Source of the DNA: Sedimentisphaeraceae bacterium JB056
GTDB taxonomy: Bacteria; Planctomycetota; Phycisphaerae; Sedimentisphaerales; Sedimentisphaeraceae
Reading direction: 5' to 3'
Assembly (NCBI GenBank): GCA_044440125.1
Contig: JBITAJ010000015.1
Coordinates: 64,001 to 128,000, forward strand
Length of the DNA stretch: 64,000 bases
Shown: one piece after another, positions 1-8,493 of the stretch
Layout of the letters: each line of letters starts with the position of its first letter
Numbering within the stretch: the stretch's first letter is position 1
Made by a program: the position numbers and the translations under genes
Notes under the pieces: generated by a model
The model's database searches: none
What the model was told of the DNA's origin: nothing
The model's input: the letters and a program-made list of their open reading frames with translations, nothing else

Positions 1-1931
1 TGTCTTGCGAGTTTTACAAGTTCCTGATTATTCAATGATTCAATCCGATTGACAACCGCATTCAAGTCGGCCTTTTTAACCCAGTAGCTTCCTCTTAGTA
101 TCTCGGCCATTTCGGCTGAGCTTACGGCAAGTTTGAACTCTTCGCTAATTTGATTAGCTGCATTAAATTTGTCTACTGACATTGACTGATTGGTCTCTTC
201 AACTTTATCTGTCACAGGATCTTTATAGCGTACATAGACGGTGAAGGCATTAGTTTTTTCAGTGGCCTTTGCTTTGTCAGTATCCCATAGTTTCAGTTCG
301 TAGAGAGCGGTAGTGCTGTGGCCGGCGTTTATTTCTCCACCGTCCTTGGTGTCGTCTCTGAAATCCTTGTCAGCAACATCGCGATTCTCATATCCGATAA
401 GTCTATAGCTTCGTATTATGTCGGGGTTGAATTCGACCTGGAATTTTACATCACGGCCAATGACCTGCAAAGCGGTTGACAGGTTGCTGAAGAGCTTCTT
501 AGCCTGATCGAAATTATCGATATAAGCATAATAGCCATTGCCTTTGTTGCCAAGCTGTTCAAGCAATACATCATTATAGTTGCCCATTCCGAAGCCCAGG
601 CTGCTGAGGTATATACCTTTGTCAACCTGTGATTTGATTTCGTTCAATATCTGGTCGGGGCCGGTTCTTCCGACGTTTGCCACGCCGTCACTGCAAAGTA
701 TTACGCGGTTTATCCAGCCCTTGCGGAATGCTTTTTCGGCCATGTCGTAACCCATTCTGATGCCTTGTTCTGCGTTAGTGCTTCCTTCGGGGCGCAACTG
801 GTCTATGGCGTTTATGATTTGTTCTCTGCCGTAGTTGATACTTGTATGTTCAAGGATTACGCGGCCTTTACTTCCATAGACAGCTATGCCGATCATGTCT
901 TCACTTTTGAGTCTGTCAACGAGATACCTTAGAGACTGCTTGACAAGCCCAAGGCGATTCTCTCTGTTCATAGAACCGGAAACATCGATGACAAATGTAA
1001 GTACTGCAGGAGTGCGCTGCTGGTCGCTGATTTCCTTTGCTTTAACACCAATCTTGAGGATTGTGTTATCTCTGCCGGTGTTGGCAAAGTCCCACTTTGC
1101 TGTTTCTGTATAGATGGCAAAATTGTCTTCTGAAGGGCTTGGGTATCCGTAATCGAAATAGTTGACGAATTCCTCGACCCTTATTGCTTCCTCAGGCGGC
1201 AGAGCATTCTGCTCAAATAAGTATCGTTTGGCCATCAGGAAGCTTGCCGTATCGACATCAGATGCAAATGTTGAAAGATTGTCATCATCGGTATCAACAA
1301 ACGGATTTACGCCGTAATTTTTGAAAAACATTGCATCAACCGGTTGACCATTGACAGGACTGCTTCCGTCAATTGGCGGCATTACCGGAGGGTAAACAGG
1401 CTGCAGTCCTTTAGCAAGACTATAGCTTTCGGCCATCTTAACTTTTGGAGACGCCGGTCTGCCAGCGATAATTTCAGACTTGACTCTCGCTTCTTCTTCT
1501 AAAGAAACTGCGACGGATGTTCCTCCAGTAAAATCCATATCTTCGGTTTGCTTAAGTTCCGTTGGTTTAGGAGCTTGCTGTGAGTATTGCTGTTTTGTCT
1601 GATTTTGGCGGATTACTGATGAAGATCGTGATTTGCCCAGTGTCGGCATGAAAATGTAGCAAATTCCTATCATTGCTGCCATTGATGTTATTGCTATAGC
1701 TGAAAACCTGAATAGTTTTGAGCGGCCTCTGTTTGTTTTATGCTGTGTATTGTCATTATTTTCGTTCATTGTATTATCCTTCTCTCCGTTCTGATCAAGA
1801 GCCTGCAGGGCCTGATTAATCAGACTATCTGCAAACTGTTTTTGATTCTCTTTGGAAGGAGCCTCGAAGTCAGTCGAGCTTTTGATCAAGCGGGAAATAT
1901 TATCGTTTAGTTGTTTGTTTTCTTTTTTCAT
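1..1931 (-). CDS. Membrane-anchored vWA-domain protein (YfbK-like) with anti-sigma-like N-terminus; 3' end runs off window
   Basis: Missing from the ORF track because no stop lies in the window. Manual translation from ATG 1931 gives MKKENKQLNDNISRLIK..., a TM segment FSAIAITSMAAMIGICYIF, then NPFVDTDDDNLSTFASDVDTASF, RVEEFVNYFDY, MIDAS motif FVIDVSGSM, ILCSDGVANVG and YRLIGYENR...DGGEINAGH. The start overlaps the sigma factor stop (ATGA). Confidence 0.88.
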   Translation of the reverse strand, partial: MKKENKQLNDNISRLIKSSTDFEAPSKENQKQFADSLINQALQALDQNGEKDNTMNENNDNTQHKTNRGRSKLFRFSAIAITSMAAMIGICYIFMPTLGKSRSSSVIRQNQTKQQYSQQAPKPTELKQTEDMDFTGGTSVAVSLEEEARVKSEIIAGRPASPKVKMAESYSLAKGLQPVYPPVMPPIDGSSPVNGQPVDAMFFKNYGVNPFVDTDDDNLSTFASDVDTASFLMAKRYLFEQNALPPEEAIRVEEFVNYFDYGYPSPSEDNFAIYTETAKWDFANTGRDNTILKIGVKAKEISDQQRTPAVLTFVIDVSGSMNRENRLGLVKQSLRYLVDRLKSEDMIGIAVYGSKGRVILEHTSINYGREQIINAIDQLRPEGSTNAEQGIRMGYDMAEKAFRKGWINRVILCSDGVANVGRTGPDQILNEIKSQVDKGIYLSSLGFGMGNYNDVLLEQLGNKGNGYYAYIDNFDQAKKLFSNLSTALQVIGRDVKFQVEFNPDIIRSYRLIGYENRDVADKDFRDDTKDGGEINAGHSTTALYELKLWDTDKAKATEKTNAFTVYVRYKDPVTDKVEETNQSMSVDKFNAANQISEEFKLAVSSAEMAEILRGSYWVKKADLNAVVNRIESLNNQELVKLAR

Positions 1932-2512
1932 GATTTTTCCTCCGCTAATAGAGGACATACTTTTTTGAGTTTTTCTGCAAAGAGCTTCCTTGCTCTATAA
2001 AGCAGACTGTGCACAGCCTTTTGTGATTTGCCGAGCTCGGTCGCAATGACTTTTGCCGGCAAGTCTTCGAGGTACATTGCTTCAAGCACTCGGCGGTAAG
2101 GTTCACCGAGCTGCTCAAGCGTTTCTCGAACTGCAAGAGCAGTTTCTGAGCGTTCCAATATATCAGGAGGTATCGGCTGGGTGTCCATCTGGTCTACACA
2201 TTTAGCAAGCTTCTCCATTGCCTGCCTTCGTGTTGCATTAGCCCTGAAAGCTTCGAGCATTACATTGCGTCCAATGCCGCATATCCATTGCACCGGTGCC
2301 GCTTTAGCCGGATCATAGTTGTTACGTTTCTGCACGGCTTTCATTACTGTCTGCTGGCAAAAATCCTGAGATTCATCGATGTTGAATCCGGCTTTGCGAA
2401 ACATTCCTAATAGCTTAGGAATTGCTTCTTCAAGCTCCTGCTGCCATTGACTATTGTCTCCAGCGGCAAATGAAGAGCGTTTTTTGAAATCTCCTGAATC
2501 TGATTCGCTCAT
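1928..2512 (-). CDS. ECF (sigma-70 family) RNA polymerase sigma factor
   Basis: 194 aa. Region 2-like DFCQQTVMKA...WICGIGRN and region 4 HTH AKVIATELGKSQKAVHSLLYRARK. Confidence 0.9.
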   Translation of the reverse strand: MSESDSGDFKKRSSFAAGDNSQWQQELEEAIPKLLGMFRKAGFNIDESQDFCQQTVMKAVQKRNNYDPAKAAPVQWICGIGRNVMLEAFRANATRRQAMEKLAKCVDQMDTQPIPPDILERSETALAVRETLEQLGEPYRRVLEAMYLEDLPAKVIATELGKSQKAVHSLLYRARKLFAEKLKKVCPLLAEEKS

Positions 2513-2787
2513 AACTGGCCTTAATTAAGTTTTAATACTTCTTGCACCTTACTATCAAGTGGTATCTACAATATAGTTTGCGCGAAAAGTCGGAATTACT
2601 CAAACTTTTTTTATTTTTATGGTATTTCTCTGATTTTTCTGCTTATTTTCGAATGTTTCAGTTCTTTGGTTTGAAGTTGAGAAGGTTTTCCGGTTAGCAA
2701 TAAGTTAATACGATTCAGTATTAACTTGAAAATTTTTGAATAGAGTTTATTATAATCAAAGCGAACGCTATGTATTGAGAATAATTT

Positions 2788-3819
2788 ATGAAGTCAAATG
2801 TTAAAATGGTTGATATTGCCCGTGAATTGGGCATTTCTTTGTCTACAGTGAGCAGGGCATTATCCGATAGTCCGCTTATAAATGTTGAGACCAAGAAAAA
2901 AGTCAAGGAGCTTTCATGCCAGCTTGGTTTTCGTGCAGATTTGACGGCACGTTCGATCATTACAAAAAAAAGCAATATCATTGGTTGTTTGGTTTATTCA
3001 TTATCTTACAATAACCCTCTTGCATCAATTTTAGAAATGGTTCAAGAGCATATTAAGACTCAAAATCATGAACTCTTTATTGTTAGCGGGTCCAATGATC
3101 TAAAGCTTCAAAGTTATCTTGTTGACAAGATGCTTTCGCGACGTGTTGACGGTATGATACTTGTGCCTCCATTTATTTTGCCCAATGCACGTTATGAGCC
3201 TTTGGATATGGTTATGCAGGCCGGTGTGCCTTGTACTGTTTTTGGTTATTATGCCAACTGTCCAACAAATCAGGTTTGTGTCGATCTCTTTTCAACAGGT
3301 TATTCAATAGGGTCACATTTAACAGGCTTAGGACATAAGAAAATTGCAACGGTTTATCTAATTGATAATGATCCTCGAATTTCTGGAATGAAAAAAGCGT
3401 TATCTGAGCATGATATAGAGTTGGATGATAATTTTTATATTAAACGTAAGCTTCTTAAAAGCAGAGATTTATGGGCGGAATCTGATTGCAGCGACTTGTG
3501 CCGTAAGATACTCAAAAGCGGAGCTACTGCAATTTTTGTTGACAGCGATTCTGTTGCTGTTGATATTGTTACTAACTTAAAAAAAATAGGAATTAAAATT
3601 CCGGAGCAAATTGCGGTTGCAACAGCAGGTGATTCATTGCCTCTTGATATACTTAATCCTGCCCTAACTTCGTATCAGTGGCCATATGAAGTGTTGGCTG
3701 AAAAACTTTCCGATGTTATTATGGATGCGGTACAAACTCCTTCCGCTCCAACTAAGCATATATTCTTACCCGGTACACTTGCTGTTCGGCAGTCCACTGA
3801 TTTGCGTTTATCCAAGTAA
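2788..3819 (+). CDS. LacI-family transcriptional regulator (paralogue A)
   Basis: N-terminal HTH MVDIARELGISLSTVSRAL, hinge ARSI, sugar-binding domain RVDGMI, GHKKIA, IPEQIAV, C-terminal LAVRQST. Confidence 0.95.
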   Translation: MKSNVKMVDIARELGISLSTVSRALSDSPLINVETKKKVKELSCQLGFRADLTARSIITKKSNIIGCLVYSLSYNNPLASILEMVQEHIKTQNHELFIVSGSNDLKLQSYLVDKMLSRRVDGMILVPPFILPNARYEPLDMVMQAGVPCTVFGYYANCPTNQVCVDLFSTGYSIGSHLTGLGHKKIATVYLIDNDPRISGMKKALSEHDIELDDNFYIKRKLLKSRDLWAESDCSDLCRKILKSGATAIFVDSDSVAVDIVTNLKKIGIKIPEQIAVATAGDSLPLDILNPALTSYQWPYEVLAEKLSDVIMDAVQTPSAPTKHIFLPGTLAVRQSTDLRLSK

Positions 3820-3853
3820 TATTAGTTGTATTATTATTGATTTATTAAATTAA

Positions 3854-3868
3854 TTGCAAGCGAGTGCA
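3854..3868. promoter_or_regulatory. Putative LacI-family operator, copy 1 (TTGCAAGCGAGTGCA)
   Basis: Imperfect palindrome centred on CG, resembling TGnAAnCGnTTnCA. Exactly repeated at 3938-3952 and lies just upstream of the -35 box. Confidence 0.75.
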
Positions 3869-3876
3869 GAAAGTGC

Positions 3877-3905
3877 TTGACAATTTAATTAGCTTTTTAT
3901 ATAGT
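3877..3905 (+). promoter_or_regulatory. Sigma-70 promoter of locus 1 operon
   Basis: TTGACA (3877-3882), 17-nt spacer, TATAGT (3900-3905). Confidence 0.8.
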
Positions 3906-3937
3906 ATCATAAAAGGTCTTTTTTTTTTGACCCGGTT

Positions 3938-3952
3938 TTGCAAGCGAGTGCA
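3938..3952. promoter_or_regulatory. Putative LacI-family operator, copy 2 (TTGCAAGCGAGTGCA)
   Basis: Identical 15-mer 84 bp downstream of copy 1, in the 5' leader. Confidence 0.75.
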
Positions 3953-3989
3953 AAAGTATATTGAGTATGTTTTTAATTGGAGCTTTACA

Positions 3990-4811
3990 ATGGAACTATC
4001 ATCTCACAGGTTAGCGGTGAAACATTTACGGCAGGCCTTCACTTTAATCGAACTTCTTGTTGTTATATCAATAATTGCGGTTTTAATGTCAATTTTAATG
4101 CCGGCATTGAGGAAAGTAAGAGAACAGGGCAAGGCCATAGTCTGTGCGTCACAGCAAAAAGATATCGGGGTTGCTCTTAATCTTTACGCCCAGGATTGGA
4201 AGGGGCAGCTTCCTACCGGAAACTGGAGTGGAACTGCCGGTTCGAAATATACGAGGCTTCCATATAAATTGAGACCTTATTATTTTGACAATCATAATGT
4301 TCCCAATGATGAAGTTTGGGATTACGAGCTTTTCCGCTGTACCACTCAGCCTATAGAGCTTGAAGCTAAAGGTACTTATGGATATAACACATATTTTTTC
4401 AGGGGATTTGAACCAGATTTTGCCGCAAGTACAGGTAAAGAGAGGCGGCTGTCTGAAATTAAAAATGCTACATCGCTGCCACTATTGGGATGCTTGAACG
4501 GAACTGTCGACCCTGCTTTTGGCGGTGATGGCGGTGGTCAGGAGATGATGTATCAGGGACCACATCCGGCGGCATTGAAATATGGATATGTTGGAGGCGA
4601 GATAAAGCCTGCGAATAGAGATATGATTAATAATTTCGGTCCTGCACCTAATCATGGCAAGAACTGTAATATGCTGATGGCTGATTTCCATGTTGAGGCT
4701 GTGAATGTGTGCGTTGATGGAGAATTCCCATGGACTGACCATATAGGCACAGCATTTCATCCTTCTCGGAATCCAGGAAAGACAGAAAAAGCAGGGTACT
4801 ATAACAAGTAA
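3990..4811 (+). CDS. Prepilin-type N-terminal cleavage/methylation protein (DUF1559-like, H-X9-DG-type C-terminus)
   Basis: [38 protein letters not shown] and C-terminal HGKNCNMLMADFHVE. Start moved to ATG 3990 (GGAG at 3979-3982) because the track's GTG start lies inside the promoter region. Confidence 0.92.
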   Translation: MELSSHRLAVKHLRQAFTLIELLVVISIIAVLMSILMPALRKVREQGKAIVCASQQKDIGVALNLYAQDWKGQLPTGNWSGTAGSKYTRLPYKLRPYYFDNHNVPNDEVWDYELFRCTTQPIELEAKGTYGYNTYFFRGFEPDFAASTGKERRLSEIKNATSLPLLGCLNGTVDPAFGGDGGGQEMMYQGPHPAALKYGYVGGEIKPANRDMINNFGPAPNHGKNCNMLMADFHVEAVNVCVDGEFPWTDHIGTAFHPSRNPGKTEKAGYYNK

Positions 4812-4866
4812 TGAGATTGATCTATCAGGTTAATCTTTATGTGATAATTTTTTCAAGGAGATTTTT

Positions 4867-6423
4867 ATGAAAAAGATTTGTACGAAAGTTTTTGTGGGCA
4901 TCGTTGTATTGTCATCGGTACTGATGGCGGATTTTTCTTCCCCAGGTATAGTGAATTATGATACTCTTGAGCTGTGGCAGATGGAGAGTATTGTCAGAAA
5001 TTCAGCATCATCACGGCTGGAAGGTTCAACCGTGGATAACACTCTTTGGTTTATGTTGATGGATGGAAGCGGTAATTCCTCGACAATCGGCGAGTTGGTT
5101 AGCGGCCCATCGGCTGACTTTGGTAACGCCGTATCATTTGCGGCAAATGCCCCGCTTGATGATACGCAGGTGCCGAATGTTTATGCAGGCACAAGAACCA
5201 GCGATTCATGGAAAGACTATGAATACGTAAAGGTCGAAATGTGGGTGAAATTCAATGAAACGGGACGACTTGAGTTTATATCCATGACGGATTCATGGCG
5301 TTTATATATGGGAGGTAATAAGTTGACATTCATCTGTTATTTTTCAGATGGTACAAATAGTCTACTTCAAGTTGATATGGGTTCGTATGATTATACTTCA
5401 CAGTGGCATTACATTACTGCCGGCCTTGATGTGGATGGTTCGCAGCAGCTAACTATAACGAGCTTTGACGAGAGCTTTGATCAAAGCACCTCTGCAGTTA
5501 ACGCCGGCAAAACACTTACATCGACCAATGGGTATATATACCTCGCAGCCGACAGGACGTTGAGAAGGTCTTTCAATGGAGCTATTGATAACGTAAGAAT
5601 ATCCCGCCCTGATGCTGAAGAACCTGATTTTCTTTCTCCTTTAGTTGATAACGGTGCTACACAAGCTTTATTTCATCTTGATGAAATAGCTGAAGGTATT
5701 ACACCGGATGATAACTCTGCTCAGATGAGAACGGCAAAGGATATGTCGGTAATCGGCACACCTGAAATAGTAGAAGATGGTGACTATCCCAATGATAACC
5801 CTGATTTTGCCGGTTGCGTGAGCCTTGATGGCATGACTGATTATTTTTCAGGAACTACTTCGTATGGAATGGATACATCCAATTTTAAGGTTGAATCATG
5901 GGTTAAGTTAAATCCTGGCTGGACTGATATTACTAATAAATTATGCTGGATTGCTAACTATGATACCGTCTTCAGGTTATATTTACAGAATGCATCTACT
6001 GGTCCTATCATGGTCTTTGTAGTGTGGGATTCAGCAGGCACTGCGGTAATCTTAAGTACTCCTTGCGGAGCATTGACTGACTGGACTCATCTGGCCGGCG
6101 AGTTTAATAACGGTGTGATTTCTCTCTATATTAACGGGATAAAAACAGCTACAATAAATGCGGCTCAAACTTCCGCTCAGGCTCCTTCTACTAATCCATT
6201 GAGAATTGGCTGTAATAGTCCAAGTGCTCTTTCGAGAGTATTCTGGGGCGAGATGGATGATTTTCGTTTTGGCAAGGCCGTTGCCGAGTGTGGAGATATG
6301 GGCTATATTGATGCTGATATCAACCGCGACTGCATTGTTGATATCGAAGATCTTAGTTTAATGGTTACAGATTGGCTCAAGTGTACGCTTGAAAGCGATC
6401 CAAGCTGTATAGTATTGAACTAA
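4867..6423 (+). CDS. Secreted protein with two LamG/ConA-like jelly-roll domains and a C-terminal half-dockerin-like tag
   Basis: Signal peptide. LamG motifs VEMWVK...QWHYIT...FNGAIDNVRIS and VESWVK...WTHLAG..LYING...FWGEMDDFR. Tail CGDMGYIDADINRDCIVDIEDL..WLKCT. Confidence 0.82.
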   Translation: MKKICTKVFVGIVVLSSVLMADFSSPGIVNYDTLELWQMESIVRNSASSRLEGSTVDNTLWFMLMDGSGNSSTIGELVSGPSADFGNAVSFAANAPLDDTQVPNVYAGTRTSDSWKDYEYVKVEMWVKFNETGRLEFISMTDSWRLYMGGNKLTFICYFSDGTNSLLQVDMGSYDYTSQWHYITAGLDVDGSQQLTITSFDESFDQSTSAVNAGKTLTSTNGYIYLAADRTLRRSFNGAIDNVRISRPDAEEPDFLSPLVDNGATQALFHLDEIAEGITPDDNSAQMRTAKDMSVIGTPEIVEDGDYPNDNPDFAGCVSLDGMTDYFSGTTSYGMDTSNFKVESWVKLNPGWTDITNKLCWIANYDTVFRLYLQNASTGPIMVFVVWDSAGTAVILSTPCGALTDWTHLAGEFNNGVISLYINGIKTATINAAQTSAQAPSTNPLRIGCNSPSALSRVFWGEMDDFRFGKAVAECGDMGYIDADINRDCIVDIEDLSLMVTDWLKCTLESDPSCIVLN

Positions 6424-6453
6424 AAGTAAATAATTCTAAATTTGGAGATAAAA

Positions 6454-7278
6454 ATGAATAAAACGATATATATCATTCTTATTACGCTTACGGCGACATT
6501 AGGATTTGCCAGAGTTAATTATAATATTCCTTATGTAGAGGTATTGCCTACTTATGACGGTGTTTTGCAGGCGGGTGAATGGGACGATGCTTTATCTATA
6601 GCTATAAGTTATGAGGATCTTGTTACTAACGGTAGCGGTGCGGATGTTCTTGGTTCTACTCCGGCGAGCAGTGATATCAGCGGTACTTATTATTTCAAAT
6701 GGGATGAAGATTTCCTATATATGGCATTTGACGTTACAGATGATATACAGGTATGGCGCAACAGTTATCCTGGTTCTTATAACGGACAGGATGATGTTCA
6801 AGTGTGTTTCAATCCTTTTGATGACCCTGCTGCCGTATTTATGACTGATGCCTGGATATTTGATTTTGCCGCAGAAACAAGCGATTTATATGGACCGGAT
6901 GTATATAGGCATACAGGTGATATATTTGTCGATCCTAATATGATAGCTTCGACACTTGAAACGGATGGTTATGTTATTGAGGTTGCTCTTTCATGGAAGG
7001 ATATAAGCTCTGAAATAACGGCAAAAGCCGGCGATTATCATGGCTTTGGTCTGATGATAGTAGATGTTGATTCAAGCACGGCAGAAAGCCTTCTATGTGA
7101 TTTCGGAGAAGGTGTAAATGTAATAAGCAACCCAGCTCAATGGAATATACTGCATTTGGTTGACAGTAAAGGATGCGGCAGTGTTGGCAGGCTTTCAGCG
7201 GATATCAATGCCGATTGCTATGTTGATCTTTCTGATTTTGTGATGATGACTTCCGACTGGATGGAGTCTTCTTTTTAG
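6454..7278 (+). CDS. Secreted CBM9-like (DOMON-like) sugar-binding protein with half-dockerin-like tag
   Basis: PTYDGVLQAGEW, KWDEDFLYMAFDVTDD, DDVQVCF, GYVIEVALSW. Tail CGSVGRLSADINADCYVDLSDF. Start ATG 6454 follows GGAG. Confidence 0.8.
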   Translation: MNKTIYIILITLTATLGFARVNYNIPYVEVLPTYDGVLQAGEWDDALSIAISYEDLVTNGSGADVLGSTPASSDISGTYYFKWDEDFLYMAFDVTDDIQVWRNSYPGSYNGQDDVQVCFNPFDDPAAVFMTDAWIFDFAAETSDLYGPDVYRHTGDIFVDPNMIASTLETDGYVIEVALSWKDISSEITAKAGDYHGFGLMIVDVDSSTAESLLCDFGEGVNVISNPAQWNILHLVDSKGCGSVGRLSADINADCYVDLSDFVMMTSDWMESSF

Positions 7279-7302
7279 AGGTGGTCTGATTAAACATTAA
7301 GC

Positions 7303-7339
7303 GTTCTCTGTCTGATGCATTACACGTCAGGCAGAGAAC
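7303..7339 (+). other. Intergenic RNA stem-loop without U-tail
   Basis: GTTCTCTGTCTGATG / CGTCAGGCAGAGAAC: 15-bp stem with two G-U pairs that form only on the + transcript. Confidence 0.65.
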
Positions 7340-7362
7340 ATTACCGTAAGAAAGGGATAATT

Positions 7363-8424
7363 ATGAAGATATCAATAAGTATAGTTTCTCTTGTTTTCTT
7401 ATTTGCTATTTGTCCGATGACGTTTGGTACAGTTTATGAGATTTACCATAATAATATAGCCGATCATTCTGATATCAATACTGTTGGTAGTATTGCCTGG
7501 TATATGAACGAGTATGGCGGATACAATACTTACAAACTTATGTCATCGGCAACATACTATTGTGACAATACTCTTTATGTTTCAGGCAGCTCTACACTCA
7601 GAGGATTGAGTGATAAGTCTTCAGTCATAGCATGCAGTGCAAACTGGACATCGGATGCATCTGATTATCTTATACGTTTAAATTGGGCTTCACAAGTTAA
7701 AGAATTAACGATAGATGGTATGTGGCGGCCACGGTATGTGATATACAGCAGCAGTGATGAGATTGTTGCCGATAACTGTATAATAGCCAAAAGCAAGAAA
7801 GCAGACGGTTGCCATCTTATACTGTTTGTTGGAGCGTCAGATATTCAGGTAACCAACTGTATGCTCAGACGTGCAGCTTGTGACAGTGGTGAGTATAATT
7901 TTGAGCGAAAGGCAGACATCTTGCATGTCAACGGATGCAGTCAGATAGTAATTGGAAATAATGACATGGCCTATGCCGCTGCCGGTGGAATCAGTATGCT
8001 GTATTGCACTGTTGTGAGGTGTACTGATAATCTTATTCATAATACAGGTCAATCTCGTACAAGTGGTTATCTTGGTGATTCAATTACTGGTTATCATAAC
8101 GGATTGGGGACAACCGATCTGAACTGGGAGATATTACGAAATGACATCTGGAACAGTTACAATCACGGTATACATGTTAGCGGCTATGGAATAGAGATTG
8201 AAGATAATGCAATCTGGAGTACTACATTAGGTGCACATATTTATATTGGAGATTGGAAGACCTCGCCTGACTGCAGTGCAGATTGTACCGTAAAGAACAA
8301 CTACTTTGATAATTGTCCCGCTACTAATACTTCAATGTGGATAAAACAGTATGACAGTCAGACTGTGACTTGTTCGGGTAATACGGGTTGTACAACTATT
8401 GTCTGGGGCCCAACCTGCAATTGA
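7363..8424 (+). CDS. Secreted right-handed parallel beta-helix (pectate-lyase-like fold) protein, Cys-rich
   Basis: Signal peptide MKISISIVSLVFLFAIC; repeated beta-helix coils (IVADNCII, IVIGNNDM, ILRNDIW, HGIHVSG, IEDNAIW, VKNNYF). Start moved to ATG 7363. Confidence 0.75.
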   Translation: MKISISIVSLVFLFAICPMTFGTVYEIYHNNIADHSDINTVGSIAWYMNEYGGYNTYKLMSSATYYCDNTLYVSGSSTLRGLSDKSSVIACSANWTSDASDYLIRLNWASQVKELTIDGMWRPRYVIYSSSDEIVADNCIIAKSKKADGCHLILFVGASDIQVTNCMLRRAACDSGEYNFERKADILHVNGCSQIVIGNNDMAYAAAGGISMLYCTVVRCTDNLIHNTGQSRTSGYLGDSITGYHNGLGTTDLNWEILRNDIWNSYNHGIHVSGYGIEIEDNAIWSTTLGAHIYIGDWKTSPDCSADCTVKNNYFDNCPATNTSMWIKQYDSQTVTCSGNTGCTTIVWGPTCN

Positions 8425-8434
8425 AAAAATAATA

Positions 8435-8458
8435 GCGGGGGATGTTTATATCTTCCGC
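8435..8458 (+). other. Intergenic RNA stem-loop without U-tail
   Basis: GCGGGGGAT...ATCTTCCGC with G-U pairs, preceded by AATAATA. Confidence 0.5.
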
Positions 8459-8493
8459 ATCCTCAAAAATCTAAAATGACATATTAATATAAA

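Noticed and set aside
886..1113. 75-aa + strand ORF
   Set aside because: It is antisense to the vWA gene, which the track missed because that gene runs off the window.
3864..3989. 42-aa N-terminal extension of the first prepilin in the ORF track
   Set aside because: It overlaps the operator and promoter; ATG 3990 has an RBS and gives a normal prepilin leader.
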